Shown piece by piece: positions 18,828-28,032 of a stretch of 64,000 nucleotides of DNA. The notes beneath the pieces were generated by a model. It saw only the letters and a list, made by a program, of their open reading frames with translations, was not told the origin of the DNA and searched no databases. Both the position numbers and the translations under genes were made by a program. The stretch is from a virus: the IMG/VR virus record IMGVR_UViG_3300032282_006300, positions 59,831 to 123,830 of that record, one strand, 5' to 3'. The stretch's first letter is position 1. Each line of letters starts with the position of its first letter.

Positions 18828-19724
18828 CTATTGGTTGTTGATTTGGATCAACTGACTGGCTGCCGTTGATGCCATCTTCTCGTCAATCGTACCAGTAAAA
18901 AGGCTCTCTGACAAGAAGACTACCCAAACATTATTAACTTTTTTTATGGTCCAGTATGGGGCTTCAGCGTCTCCACGCCACCCTACACCAAAATGGAGGA
19001 TAGCACCTTCTTTGACCAAATTGGCGTGGACGGCCCTTTGCCACAAGGCTAAGGGCTTTTCTATGATGGCAATGGATTTCCACAGATAATAAGCATAATC
19101 CCACCCTTCTTCAAAACCCTCAAATTCATCTTCAGGCTCATCGGGAGTTTCTTCTGTTTCGGAAACCTCTTCCGGCCCCTCAACGGGCTCTTCATCTTCA
19201 ACGTCAAAACCTTGTTCGTTCAAGACATCTTTAGCGGAAACGTCTTGTCCGTCTTTTTGCCTTTTATTGGCTTCTTTTTGGGCGGCTTGTTTGATTTCTT
19301 CTTGGATGTATGGATCATTCATGTACCTTTGACCCAAAGGTGTGGCATCGTATTCACGACGAATTTCGGGATTGATCAATTGCTTAAAAGCGTTTGTGAT
19401 CATGGGTGAAGAATGTCCATTGATTTCAGTAAAAAATTCACGCAATTCTTTTTTTGTTGCGCGATAATTTTTAACACCCAACAAACCGTAATAACTATTT
19501 ACGTCCCAAATGATTGTCGGGTGCAACATCAATTCAGTTACGGTAGAACAAGTTTCCGGCCCGTTGCCTACCAACAAAGGATTGATGGTATGGCCAAGTA
19601 CGATAGTGCTTTCTCTCGCACTACCGTAAGTTCCTTGATCTATATTTTTCTTGGAGCGACCATGTAACCAAGGTTCATAGGCGTCAATAAAATCTTCAAG
19701 ATCAAGGGCGGGACGGAAACCCAT
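18828..19724 (-). CDS. J-domain-like protein lacking HPD
   Basis: YYGLLGV..ATKKELR...NAFKQLINPEIRREYD; acidic linker. Confidence 0.65.
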   Translation of the reverse strand: MGFRPALDLEDFIDAYEPWLHGRSKKNIDQGTYGSARESTIVLGHTINPLLVGNGPETCSTVTELMLHPTIIWDVNSYYGLLGVKNYRATKKELREFFTEINGHSSPMITNAFKQLINPEIRREYDATPLGQRYMNDPYIQEEIKQAAQKEANKRQKDGQDVSAKDVLNEQGFDVEDEEPVEGPEEVSETEETPDEPEDEFEGFEEGWDYAYYLWKSIAIIEKPLALWQRAVHANLVKEGAILHFGVGWRGDAEAPYWTIKKVNNVWVVFLSESLFTGTIDEKMASTAASQLIQINNQ

Positions 19725-19849
19725 TAATCTTGCTCCTCAAACTTGTTTTCTTCAGAAAGTTCTGCCTCATCTTTAGCAGTCCAATCTTTATCTGTCTTGG
19801 GCTCTTCTTCTTTAAGAATTTGGCCAGTTCCATGTTTACGCAACGCCAC
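19724..19849 (-). CDS. 41-aa acidic microprotein (not in track)
   Basis: GGAGGTG RBS and GTG 19849; MALRKHGTGQILKEEEPKTDKDWTAKDEAELSEENKFEEQD*; TAATG-coupled to the next gene. Confidence 0.6.
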   Translation of the reverse strand: MALRKHGTGQILKEEEPKTDKDWTAKDEAELSEENKFEEQD

Positions 19850-20954
19850 GGTCAATCACCTCCGAACATTTTCCATTATGAACAATTTTCTCGCAAATGT
19901 GGCACAAAAGTTCTTTCGGCGGTTGCCAAACAGAATAAGGCAAAGCCAATTCAATCAAACCTTTGACCCAATTTGTATCTAAGTCGGCGGGATCTGCGTT
20001 GTATGGATTATCTACGACAAGAACGTTTGTAAATGGAGCAAGTTTTTCTGCCATACCTTCTTTGCGGTAACGACCTTTTCCTGAACCTTGTACGGCAGTC
20101 CATCCGGCTACATCGTTATCCATCCAGAGCACAACATTGGAAAATTTCTTCAATAGCCTAATCTGCTCATTGCTTACAGATGCACCGAAAGTAGAAACAA
20201 TGTTGGGGATCTCTGGATAATGGCGGATAACGCTCATGGGGGATTCAACTACCACCACGGTATCAAAAGTATCGTCATAATTGAACAAAGTTTGTTCTTT
20301 GGGAAAATCTGGGCTATTGAGATACTTAGGCGTTCCGTCATCTAAAAGACGACGTGTTTGCCACCCAACAAGTTCTTTGTTCCAAATGTGGGGAATGATG
20401 ATCCGCTCACTTGTTTTGTTGGCGCCCACACGGTAATCGTGCGCGTAACCAATCAAAAAATGTTTGTAAGTTTCTTCATCAATGCCACGACCCCCATCTT
20501 CAACTGGGTCTGTCATGTATGGGTGGATAAACATCCACGGTTCAAGAACCTTTTTTGAATAACGAGGAATAGGTGCTTTTTCTTTTTTGTCTTCCGCGTA
20601 CAGAGCATCAAACAATTTAAGCAAATCCGGCAACTCCATGACTTGCCCGTTAAGGCCCGTAGTCTTGTTAAACCATTCCCGCGCTTCAACAATTGTTTCG
20701 TGACGCAACGACGCAACAAACCAAAGCAGACTTCCACTAGCCTGACAACCAAGACACTTGTATGCCAACTTGTGGTAGTTGATTGATCCGGTCGGGTTCT
20801 TATCCTGATCTTTGTGTATGCCAAAAGGACAAGGAACGTGCATCTCGCCCTTATTGGTAATACGAACAACAGGAATACTGAACTCTTCCAACAAAGTCTC
20901 GCAAAGAGTTTGCTTCTCGCTATCCGGTAAATTAACCGGAGCGAACACCTTCAT
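19836..20954 (-). CDS. dnaG: DNA primase (Zn finger plus TOPRIM)
   Basis: CPFGIH...CLGC, RIIIP, PKYLNSP, VVES, WMDNDVAG, DPAD. Confidence 0.85.
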   Translation of the reverse strand: MKVFAPVNLPDSEKQTLCETLLEEFSIPVVRITNKGEMHVPCPFGIHKDQDKNPTGSINYHKLAYKCLGCQASGSLLWFVASLRHETIVEAREWFNKTTGLNGQVMELPDLLKLFDALYAEDKKEKAPIPRYSKKVLEPWMFIHPYMTDPVEDGGRGIDEETYKHFLIGYAHDYRVGANKTSERIIIPHIWNKELVGWQTRRLLDDGTPKYLNSPDFPKEQTLFNYDDTFDTVVVVESPMSVIRHYPEIPNIVSTFGASVSNEQIRLLKKFSNVVLWMDNDVAGWTAVQGSGKGRYRKEGMAEKLAPFTNVLVVDNPYNADPADLDTNWVKGLIELALPYSVWQPPKELLCHICEKIVHNGKCSEVIDRGVA

Positions 20955-21109
20955 TAGTTGTCCTTCGGCTCTTGTTCGGGCAGATACCCCTCATATTCGC
21001 TGATCGTACCGTATGGGTCAAACATCTCATTTTCATGGCAATCTAAGCACAACCCAAGGTCGTTCGTTCTGGATACTTTTCCGCACCCATCGCAATAGGG
21101 ACGGCTCAT
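20954..21109 (-). CDS. Small Zn-finger protein
   Basis: CDGC...CLDC; start at ATG 21109, coupled to the nrdJ stop. Confidence 0.55.
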   Translation of the reverse strand: MSRPYCDGCGKVSRTNDLGLCLDCHENEMFDPYGTISEYEGYLPEQEPKDN

Positions 21110-23172
21110 GCTACAACCTCCGGTAATTCGATCAAACATACATCAGTGGTACAGAAAGCCTCTCCTATCGCTTCCTCAATCTTGTCGCCCTCATACAGGG
21201 CTGACATGTCTACGCGCTTTAGAGAGCCTTCTGAGGCCTCGTAAGAGGCACTATCTAGTTGTCCGTAAGGCAACTGAACGTAAGCCCCCTCCATCATCGG
21301 AAGGAATGAGATCGTCTTGAGTTGGCCGTCATGCATGTGCAGGAGCGTGCCGACGTGCTCACCTTCGGTTTCAGGGTCAAAGGAGACCGTTACCGAGACC
21401 GAGTTGTCTGACCAATAACGCTGAGCCAAGACTGCAAGGTTGGCCTTTTCAAAAATCGTTACATCCTTCTCGCTCCTCTTAGCCTTGGAGTGGATCGGAA
21501 AATAAGCGACCATTGTGTTTATGGGATCAGTTACGTCTGGCTCCAAATTGTACTTGGCCTTCTTCAAAGCCGCGACCAAAGGATCGTTGACACTCAAACG
21601 CATGGCTCGCAGGAAGTACTCTCCACCCGGAGACCAGTGGACTCCAGGGGATTCTCCAGCAAGGATGCTGACGGTTCCCGAAGGCTTGACTGTCGTGACC
21701 TTGACGGACTCGCGAACGCACAGCCATTCGGAATAGGTCTTGTCGTAGTACCGAACTGTTTCATAGCCGGTATTCAGCCAGTTACGAAGTTCAGTCATTC
21801 CTCGGGCATCAGCAAAATTTGCAATACCTGAAGCGCTGGTTCCAATTCGACGGTTGCGTTGCATGATTGCATTGGTCTTGTCCCAATGAGTCGGGAGCAA
21901 GGTAACGGTCTTGGCGTACATGAATGCGACCTTGAGGGTCTTCTTGTAATCGTCAAGATTCTCGTGACGGTTCAAGAACGTCTCCACAAGCGTACACATC
22001 TCGTAAGACTCTAAAGATTGTTCGGCGCAAGGATTGTAGCCAGCCACTCGAGCGTCTGCGTTCGTAGGAGGATCAATCAAACGACCATATTTACGAGATA
22101 CGTCCATCCAGATAACACCGGGTTCACCGTTACGCTTGATTCCGTCAATGATTGGTGCAAGGTCTTGACCTACTCCAACTTCTACCGAGTTATTGGACAT
22201 CCAACCCCAACTGCGTCGGTAATAAGACGGACCTTCTGAAACGTATTCGTAAGTATTCGGATCTTGCTGACCGAAGTTTTTCAAATCCAAGAAATCTGGA
22301 TCATCAATGGAGCCGATCAACAATTCGGCACTACGGCGAACGTTGCCAGAAACAACACACACACCAATCAAGTTTCCAATATCGGCAATATCGTTTCGCG
22401 TAAGCAATTGGCCTTCTCGTCCATCAAAAATATTGCAAATTTCATCGTGCAAACGCTTAAGAGGATCTGAGCCAGCGGCTGTTCCACCGAATGTTTTGAT
22501 CGGTTCTCCGGCGGGGCGAATTAAGGTGTAGCCAAACCCAACTGGGTGCTTGCCGTGAACCAAATAAGAGTTGATTAGCAAACGGACGCTTTCTACCCAA
22601 CCTTCGCGAGTGTCGGGGATTTCATAAATCTCTTTATCGCCTTCGGGCTTAAGAATTTCAAATTCGCGATCAGCACCCTTGGCATCAAAACCAACACCAA
22701 CACCAAGCATTGAGGCTTCCATCAAAAAGCAAAGAGGTTGCGCTGGGTCTAGACGAGTCATATCGCCTGTAGAAACAAAAGCGCAATTCTGGAGAGCCGC
22801 GGAATTCTTCTGTTCGTTAACCAACTCAGTACCCATGACCCAAAGACCACGACCGGGAGGAGTCCACTTAAACGAGAACAAACGCTCATAAGCATCTTGC
22901 GCAGTCTTCTGCGCCTTGTTGTCATTCCACGGAAGACGGTTCGTCTTAGCGTGATCTTTTTGAATGGAAAACATTCCCTCAATTACACGACGACAAGTTT
23001 CATGCCAACGTTCCTTAGTTCCATCCGGTTTAATACGACTATACGTTCTGATAAACGTAATTTCTCCAAGACTGTTTCCACCGGCGTCGGTGAAACCCCA
23101 ATCCACTGGTCGTTCCGTATATGAATCAATAAAATTATCCGGAAGTGTAAAACTAAGAATCCCCGATGTCAC
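21106..23172 (-). CDS. nrdJ: Class II (adenosylcobalamin) ribonucleotide reductase, monomeric RTPR type
   Basis: PPGRGLW, LQNCAF, NPCAEQ, TTVKPSGTVS and C-terminal CTTDVC; GTG 23172 after GAGAGG RBS. Confidence 0.92.
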   Translation of the reverse strand: MTSGILSFTLPDNFIDSYTERPVDWGFTDAGGNSLGEITFIRTYSRIKPDGTKERWHETCRRVIEGMFSIQKDHAKTNRLPWNDNKAQKTAQDAYERLFSFKWTPPGRGLWVMGTELVNEQKNSAALQNCAFVSTGDMTRLDPAQPLCFLMEASMLGVGVGFDAKGADREFEILKPEGDKEIYEIPDTREGWVESVRLLINSYLVHGKHPVGFGYTLIRPAGEPIKTFGGTAAGSDPLKRLHDEICNIFDGREGQLLTRNDIADIGNLIGVCVVSGNVRRSAELLIGSIDDPDFLDLKNFGQQDPNTYEYVSEGPSYYRRSWGWMSNNSVEVGVGQDLAPIIDGIKRNGEPGVIWMDVSRKYGRLIDPPTNADARVAGYNPCAEQSLESYEMCTLVETFLNRHENLDDYKKTLKVAFMYAKTVTLLPTHWDKTNAIMQRNRRIGTSASGIANFADARGMTELRNWLNTGYETVRYYDKTYSEWLCVRESVKVTTVKPSGTVSILAGESPGVHWSPGGEYFLRAMRLSVNDPLVAALKKAKYNLEPDVTDPINTMVAYFPIHSKAKRSEKDVTIFEKANLAVLAQRYWSDNSVSVTVSFDPETEGEHVGTLLHMHDGQLKTISFLPMMEGAYVQLPYGQLDSASYEASEGSLKRVDMSALYEGDKIEEAIGEAFCTTDVCLIELPEVVA

Positions 23173-24482
23173 AGTAGTATTGCCTCTCTCATAGCGTTGA
23201 TAATTCCTTGTGGCGTTCGCCAATCCATTTCCCATGCTCGCAAATCTTCTCGCCTTGAAGCAAGAATTTGCAATGTTGCCTGAAAAACTTCTCTCTGTAT
23301 ATTACTCTGATAAAGCGAAAAAACCCAATCGGCGGCACGTTCAACTTCTGCGCCTTCCGCAAGCATATACATCTCAAACTTTCCTGTTTTTTCTGCGGCT
23401 TTAACACCTTCACGGTTGATCTGATGTGCTAAAACGCAAGGCATTTGATCTCGTCCTGTTGAGATGATTTGTTTTAACTCGCGCATAATGTCACCAATTA
23501 CAACATGACGACTGCGGTTAGCATTCGGGTTTGGGTGTTCAACAAAAGTAAGTTGATCAATGATGAGACTTTGTGCTCCGAGAGTTTGTGCTTCACGGTA
23601 CATAGATTCCGGCGTACGACGGCCGGGTTCTGGACTAATGATTCGCAAATTCTCTTTCAATTTTGGCAATTCATCATTTTGATACCAACGTACTCGCTCT
23701 TTATCTTCAGCAGAAAGATTTCCTCGTTGCCAATCTCGGCTATTGAGGCCAAGAGCAAAACAAACCAAACGGTCCACTGTCATTTCAATAGAGTTTTCCA
23801 AAGTAAACAAAGCCACAACCCGACCACGCATTGCCTCTTGCAAAGCAACGTAGTTCAAAAAGTAAGACTTGCCTGTTTTGGGCGGAGCCGCGACGACTGC
23901 GAGTTCTCCATCGTGAATTCCAAAAGTGTGAATGTCCACCAAAGGAATTCCAAAAGTTAAACCTCTGCTTGTGTTGCCTGCAATCTCTCGGCCTTCATAA
24001 AGGTTAAAACTCTCAGAAAAAATGTCTGCAAAATCCACACTGCGGTGACGAGGTTGCATATTCAAAGACAAATTCATCAAGCCGTCAATTTGCTCGTTGA
24101 GAACACGGATGCGATCAGGTGCCGAAGCAGAAGACATTGCCATAGCGGCGCTTTTTTGCCACTGCTGATACGTGTAATGAACATACTGGCTCTTTAAATG
24201 GTCAATAGCCCATTCAATGTTGTCAACCTGTTCATTTTCTGCCGGTACTTCAATCTCTGCATCTTCAAGATGTTGTTGCCAAACAGACATCAATGCGTTG
24301 CGAGAAGGTGCTTGTGTCCTACCTGATTCAAAGAAACGATCTAAAGACCAGGAAACTACGGGACGCAAGGCTTCAGTTGGGATGCACTCTAGATCCAAAC
24401 CTTCTTTAACCAAAGACTCAAGGGAGTCAGTGTCAAAAAGGGATGCAACAAGGGCGACTTCAGCCGTATTGCTCATGCCCAC
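23169..24482 (-). CDS. dnaB: Replicative helicase DnaB-like
   Basis: AAPPKTGKS, FTLEN, LIIDQL, AHQINR, VERAAD. Confidence 0.88.
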   Translation of the reverse strand: MGMSNTAEVALVASLFDTDSLESLVKEGLDLECIPTEALRPVVSWSLDRFFESGRTQAPSRNALMSVWQQHLEDAEIEVPAENEQVDNIEWAIDHLKSQYVHYTYQQWQKSAAMAMSSASAPDRIRVLNEQIDGLMNLSLNMQPRHRSVDFADIFSESFNLYEGREIAGNTSRGLTFGIPLVDIHTFGIHDGELAVVAAPPKTGKSYFLNYVALQEAMRGRVVALFTLENSIEMTVDRLVCFALGLNSRDWQRGNLSAEDKERVRWYQNDELPKLKENLRIISPEPGRRTPESMYREAQTLGAQSLIIDQLTFVEHPNPNANRSRHVVIGDIMRELKQIISTGRDQMPCVLAHQINREGVKAAEKTGKFEMYMLAEGAEVERAADWVFSLYQSNIQREVFQATLQILASRREDLRAWEMDWRTPQGIINAMREAILL

Positions 24483-25336
24483 CTCAATGGTTCGACGATT
24501 TCGGGATTTTTGTTTTTCATTTCTTCGCTCATGGTTGCACGGAAATCTTTTCCAGTCATGCAGATAAAATCAGAAGATCCTGTAAGCCTTGAAATGATGT
24601 GCTTCTTGTACTTCTGTTCTAACTGTTCTGGCCTTAAATTCGTGGTCATCAATGTTGGAAGACCTGAGTTAATACGATTCTGGATAACAATGTCAAGTCC
24701 ATCAATGACTGAAGACTTTGAACGGTTCTCGGATTCAATACCAATGTCGTCAATAATGAGGACTTGGCAACTTGCGGCTTTCTTATAAAACCAGTCTCGG
24801 TCTTCGGCATCGCTCCAACCTTCCGCAAATGCGTCAAGCATCCGCGTAAAGGGAAAGAAGTATCCATCAAAGCCATTGACCATCAAACCTTTAAGAATCA
24901 AAGTTGCCAACAAAGTTTTGCCAACTCCATTGTTTCCGTAAAGAATGAGTCCACGACCGTTAGAAACATTCGCGTGGCAATTTTCAAGATACTCTAAAGC
25001 CGCCTGAGCCGCTTCAACATCAACCGCCTTCAGATCAGACCAAGACTTCTTTTGGTAATCAACGCCGATACCGGCATTGGTAAACCAAAGAGACAAAATC
25101 ATTTGCTCTAGGCAGTTGCAGTTGTACTCCACAACTTCGCCTTCAACAAGAGTCTTGAACCAGCCCTTGCCACCACAGGTGAGGCAAGTCTGTGAACGAG
25201 AACACCAAAGGGATTGGTTTTTTCGTCGAAGTCGTTCAAGTTCTGGATCGGTAATGATTCGTACTGTGGGCGGGTTGGGTGGCAACGTAAGTCGCTCTGA
25301 CACCGATTCTCCGTTCGTAGTTGTTTGGCGGAACAC
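24473..25336 (-). CDS. DnaC/IstB-like helicase loader ATPase
   Basis: CLTC...CNC, GNNGVGKT, LIIDDIG, TTNL, ISRL, GKDFR. Confidence 0.85.
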   Translation of the reverse strand: MFRQTTTNGESVSERLTLPPNPPTVRIITDPELERLRRKNQSLWCSRSQTCLTCGGKGWFKTLVEGEVVEYNCNCLEQMILSLWFTNAGIGVDYQKKSWSDLKAVDVEAAQAALEYLENCHANVSNGRGLILYGNNGVGKTLLATLILKGLMVNGFDGYFFPFTRMLDAFAEGWSDAEDRDWFYKKAASCQVLIIDDIGIESENRSKSSVIDGLDIVIQNRINSGLPTLMTTNLRPEQLEQKYKKHIISRLTGSSDFICMTGKDFRATMSEEMKNKNPEIVEPLRWA

Positions 25337-25354
25337 TACAACACACTAACACAT

Positions 25355-25675
25355 TTATTCTTCAGCGCGTCCAAAAAACTCTTTTTCACAAAATTTCCAG
25401 AAAGGTTCTGCCACAGGAGTAACATTTTCAAGCGTTTCTCGGTCTTCTTGAAAAAGAAACTGGTTTGTAATTTCTAATAGTTCTACGTTGGTTTTGTGAA
25501 TTATGTGAGTCGTGCCACTTTTATTGACAACAAGCCAATTGTATGCATCCATGCCGGAAAGGTATCCCTCAAAGGCAGATCCTGATGTAAATTTAAATTT
25601 TATAAGTTGGCCTTCAATTGCGGCCCTAGCCATTTGCTTTTCTGAAACATACGAACCAGTTTTCTTAATAGCCAC
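25355..25675 (-). CDS. Hfq/Sm-like RNA-binding protein, putative
   Basis: IKFKFTSGSAFEGYLSGMDAYNWLVV...THIIHKTNVELLEI aligns by eye to Hfq Sm1/Sm2; GTG 25675 after GAAAGG. Confidence 0.55.
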   Translation of the reverse strand: MAIKKTGSYVSEKQMARAAIEGQLIKFKFTSGSAFEGYLSGMDAYNWLVVNKSGTTHIIHKTNVELLEITNQFLFQEDRETLENVTPVAEPFWKFCEKEFFGRAEE

Positions 25676-25688
25676 AATCAAGCCTTTC

Positions 25689-25735
25689 AAAAAAAGACCC
25701 CGCATTATTCCGAGCCAGCGAGAATAATGCGGGGT
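25689..25735 (-). terminator. Intrinsic terminator
   Basis: ACCCCGCAUUAUUC/GAAUAAUGCGGGGU 14-bp stem followed by CU7. Confidence 0.85.
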
Positions 25736-25762
25736 AACGTTTATTCATTTACTCAATGACTG
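25689..25762 (-). ncRNA. Candidate ~74-nt sRNA or attenuator leader
   Basis: Lies between a TTTACA-N17-TACGAT promoter and the terminator; A-rich 5' segment. Confidence 0.45.
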
Positions 25763-25768
25763 CGCCCA

Positions 25769-25797
25769 ATCGTAGTGGCGTTTTTATATTTTGTAAA
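25769..25797 (-). promoter_or_regulatory. Sigma70/SigA-like promoter
   Basis: TTTACA-N17-TACGAT. Confidence 0.55.
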
Positions 25798-25802
25798 ATC
25801 GG

Positions 25803-26438
25803 TTAGTACCAATGGTGTGATTGCCAATGGGCAAAGGCTCCGCAAGGAGATCCATAACGACTTTTAATGTAACCCAAACCCCATTTGATTTGGGTAGCAG
25901 CATTAGTTCGCCAATCACTTCCTGCAGATGCCATCTTACTGCCCGGCAAAGATTGAGGAATACCGAAGGATCCCCCATTAGGACTTCCTGAGCGGATACT
26001 CCAACCGGACTCGTGATACCAGAGTTTCTTCAAGCAGACCCATTGTCTGCCAGTCCAACCACGCTTGGAGGCCTGAGCCTTGCCGATGCGCTGATTCTTG
26101 CCACAAGCCTGAGTCCAGTCTTCCCAAGACTTACACTTGGAACGTGCCTTAGAATGGCTCTGTTGGCTTTTAACAGCCTTTTTAGAGACAGCCTTGTGCT
26201 TCTTAACCGGATTAGCCTTATTGGCCTTTTTCTTAACAACGACCGTTTTGGCCTTTACCTTTTTCTTTGGATGCTTTTTTACCAGCACTTTATGAGCCCC
26301 CGCCGTAGCCTTGGGTGCTTGTGATACCTCTGGAGCAGGGGCTTTAGAACACCCTTGCAAGGCAATCACGGGAATTAAAAAAACCGTCGCTAAGAATCTA
26401 GCAACGGCTCGTTTGTTCGGCCTTGTATGGCTTACCAA
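25803..26438 (-). CDS. Lipoprotein with C-terminal actinobacterial-type lytic transglycosylase (SLT-like)
   Basis: TTG 26438 after GGAAGGA; lipobox LQGC; Lys-rich linker; HESGW, GIPQSLPG, QIKWGLGYIKSRYGSPC, HHWY. Confidence 0.8.
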   Translation of the reverse strand: MVSHTRPNKRAVARFLATVFLIPVIALQGCSKAPAPEVSQAPKATAGAHKVLVKKHPKKKVKAKTVVVKKKANKANPVKKHKAVSKKAVKSQQSHSKARSKCKSWEDWTQACGKNQRIGKAQASKRGWTGRQWVCLKKLWYHESGWSIRSGSPNGGSFGIPQSLPGSKMASAGSDWRTNAATQIKWGLGYIKSRYGSPCGAFAHWQSHHWY

Positions 26439-26524
26439 CTGTATATCCTTCCGTAGCAACCGTGGCGGCGATTGCGGCGATGAGACACGTTGCTGGCTTG
26501 CAACACTCTCTTTACAAGAATCTA

Positions 26525-27415
26525 CTATACACCATTGCCCCACAATTTTCTTTCCAAAACTTTTTCTAGGGTTGTTTTCATGCCCCATTCGGACAAAAAA
26601 GACACATAACTGTCAAATAATATGGAATCTGGGGCCGTGGGGCTGAAATTTGGGATTTTGGGTAAATTTGGAATAAAATCGGCATTTCTTAGGTCAACAA
26701 GGGCTAAATTGGCCAATACTTGGTTTTTATGCTCAATAAAACGTTCATCTTCAATCTTGTTCAAATCTCCTGCAGATTCTTTCAACATTTTAACTGCTTT
26801 TTTTGTGCCAATACCTTTAATGCCGATCACGTTATCTGAAACATCTCCGGTAATTGACATTACCGCGGGAACCCATTCCACCGGACAATTAAAAAATTCT
26901 TCTACGGTGTCTTGATCCCAGATTTCTGTTTTGGTGCTGGATGAAGACAGTCGTACTTGTTTTGTGCCATCTGTCAATAATTGCAAATAATCTTTGTCAT
27001 TTGAGACAATAATTATTTCAGCAGAATCTTTGTATGCTTTCCAATACCCAGCAATTACCTCATCGGCTTCTAAACCATCTATGGCAATTTGAGCAATATT
27101 GGCATACTCACAAAAAGTGTGGGCTAGTGAAAACGATGCTTGTTTTTTTGTATTAAAAGAATCAAAACTGTGTTCTGGAACTTCATTGCGATTGGCCTTG
27201 TAAGAAGCGTTTAATTGCGTTTTGTTCCTCTGACCTGCTCCATCCCAAATAATTGCCATATGGGTTGGTTTAAGTTCTCTTGCGTATTTGGTAACCGTGT
27301 TGATAAACACCGTTAAGGCTGATGTAGAAATGCCGTCAATTGACATTTTTGAATTCTCTGTGGCCATCAATCCACGAATCAATACATTTGATCCATCAAA
27401 TAGCAATAATTTCAT
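26525..27415 (-). CDS. 5'-3' exonuclease (PolI N-terminal / FEN-like)
   Basis: FDGSN, YKANR, EADE, SNDKDYLQL, GDVSDNVIGIKGIGTKKA. Confidence 0.92.
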   Translation of the reverse strand: MKLLLFDGSNVLIRGLMATENSKMSIDGISTSALTVFINTVTKYARELKPTHMAIIWDGAGQRNKTQLNASYKANRNEVPEHSFDSFNTKKQASFSLAHTFCEYANIAQIAIDGLEADEVIAGYWKAYKDSAEIIIVSNDKDYLQLLTDGTKQVRLSSSSTKTEIWDQDTVEEFFNCPVEWVPAVMSITGDVSDNVIGIKGIGTKKAVKMLKESAGDLNKIEDERFIEHKNQVLANLALVDLRNADFIPNLPKIPNFSPTAPDSILFDSYVSFLSEWGMKTTLEKVLERKLWGNGV

Positions 27416-27420
27416 TTTGC

Positions 27421-28032
27421 TTATGCATTTTGTGTTTGTGGTTGAAAATCATCGTATTTGGGTGGTGCGTCTTTGAACAAGATTTTTGCTTTGAATTGCG
27501 AAAACGCAAACAAAACCTTTTTTTCAAAATCTTCTAGAGACCCATCATTGTCAATGACAAAATCAAACATATCTTCTGGCAATCCCGCATCTGAAGCATG
27601 GGTATTGATAGGTCCGACATTTGGTCTGCGAATTTTGATATTTAGGCCCTTGAGCGTTGACACAGCCTCTACCTCATTGGGAAAACGAACATCCGTAATC
27701 ACAATGTCTTGGTCTGGGGTGACATTGCGAAGGGCGAGATGTACCCAGATGTTTTCATCAATGAGTTCTCTCCCCACTTCTGTACCAATTACTTGAAGAA
27801 GTCGTCTGACTTCAGAATAATTGACTTTTGCATTTTCCCAACCGATATCATCAACCACTTGGCGAACTGTAATTAATTCACCGTTGATAAAACCAACTAC
27901 GGGGTTTAATCGGTAAATGGATTCCCTCAATACATCAGCAAATGCGATTCTTTGAAAACCAAATGAATCAATCAAAAATTTGGCCATAGTATCTTTGCCT
28001 GATTGAGCAAAACCGTGGAGACCCAAGATCAT
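27421..28032 (-). CDS. Deoxynucleoside monophosphate kinase
   Basis: GFAQSGKDT, FADVL, RRLLQVIGTEVGR, ITDVRFPNE. Confidence 0.9.
   Translation of the reverse strand: MILGLHGFAQSGKDTMAKFLIDSFGFQRIAFADVLRESIYRLNPVVGFINGELITVRQVVDDIGWENAKVNYSEVRRLLQVIGTEVGRELIDENIWVHLALRNVTPDQDIVITDVRFPNEVEAVSTLKGLNIKIRRPNVGPINTHASDAGLPEDMFDFVIDNDGSLEDFEKKVLFAFSQFKAKILFKDAPPKYDDFQPQTQNA

Noticed and set aside
23169-23235. Cobalamin riboswitch upstream of nrdJ, and the track's ATG 23235 start
   Set aside because: nrdJ is GTGA-coupled to dnaB with a good RBS at 23172, so there is no leader.
6408-24482. Inteins or introns in TerL, RecA, DnaE, NrdJ and DnaB
   Set aside because: Lengths are ordinary, and no splice-junction or LAGLIDADG motifs interrupt the conserved blocks.
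26439-26525. c-di-AMP (ydaO) riboswitch upstream of the transglycosylase
   Set aside because: The leader is too short and lacks the conserved GCUGAA and GUCAGCUAAC elements.
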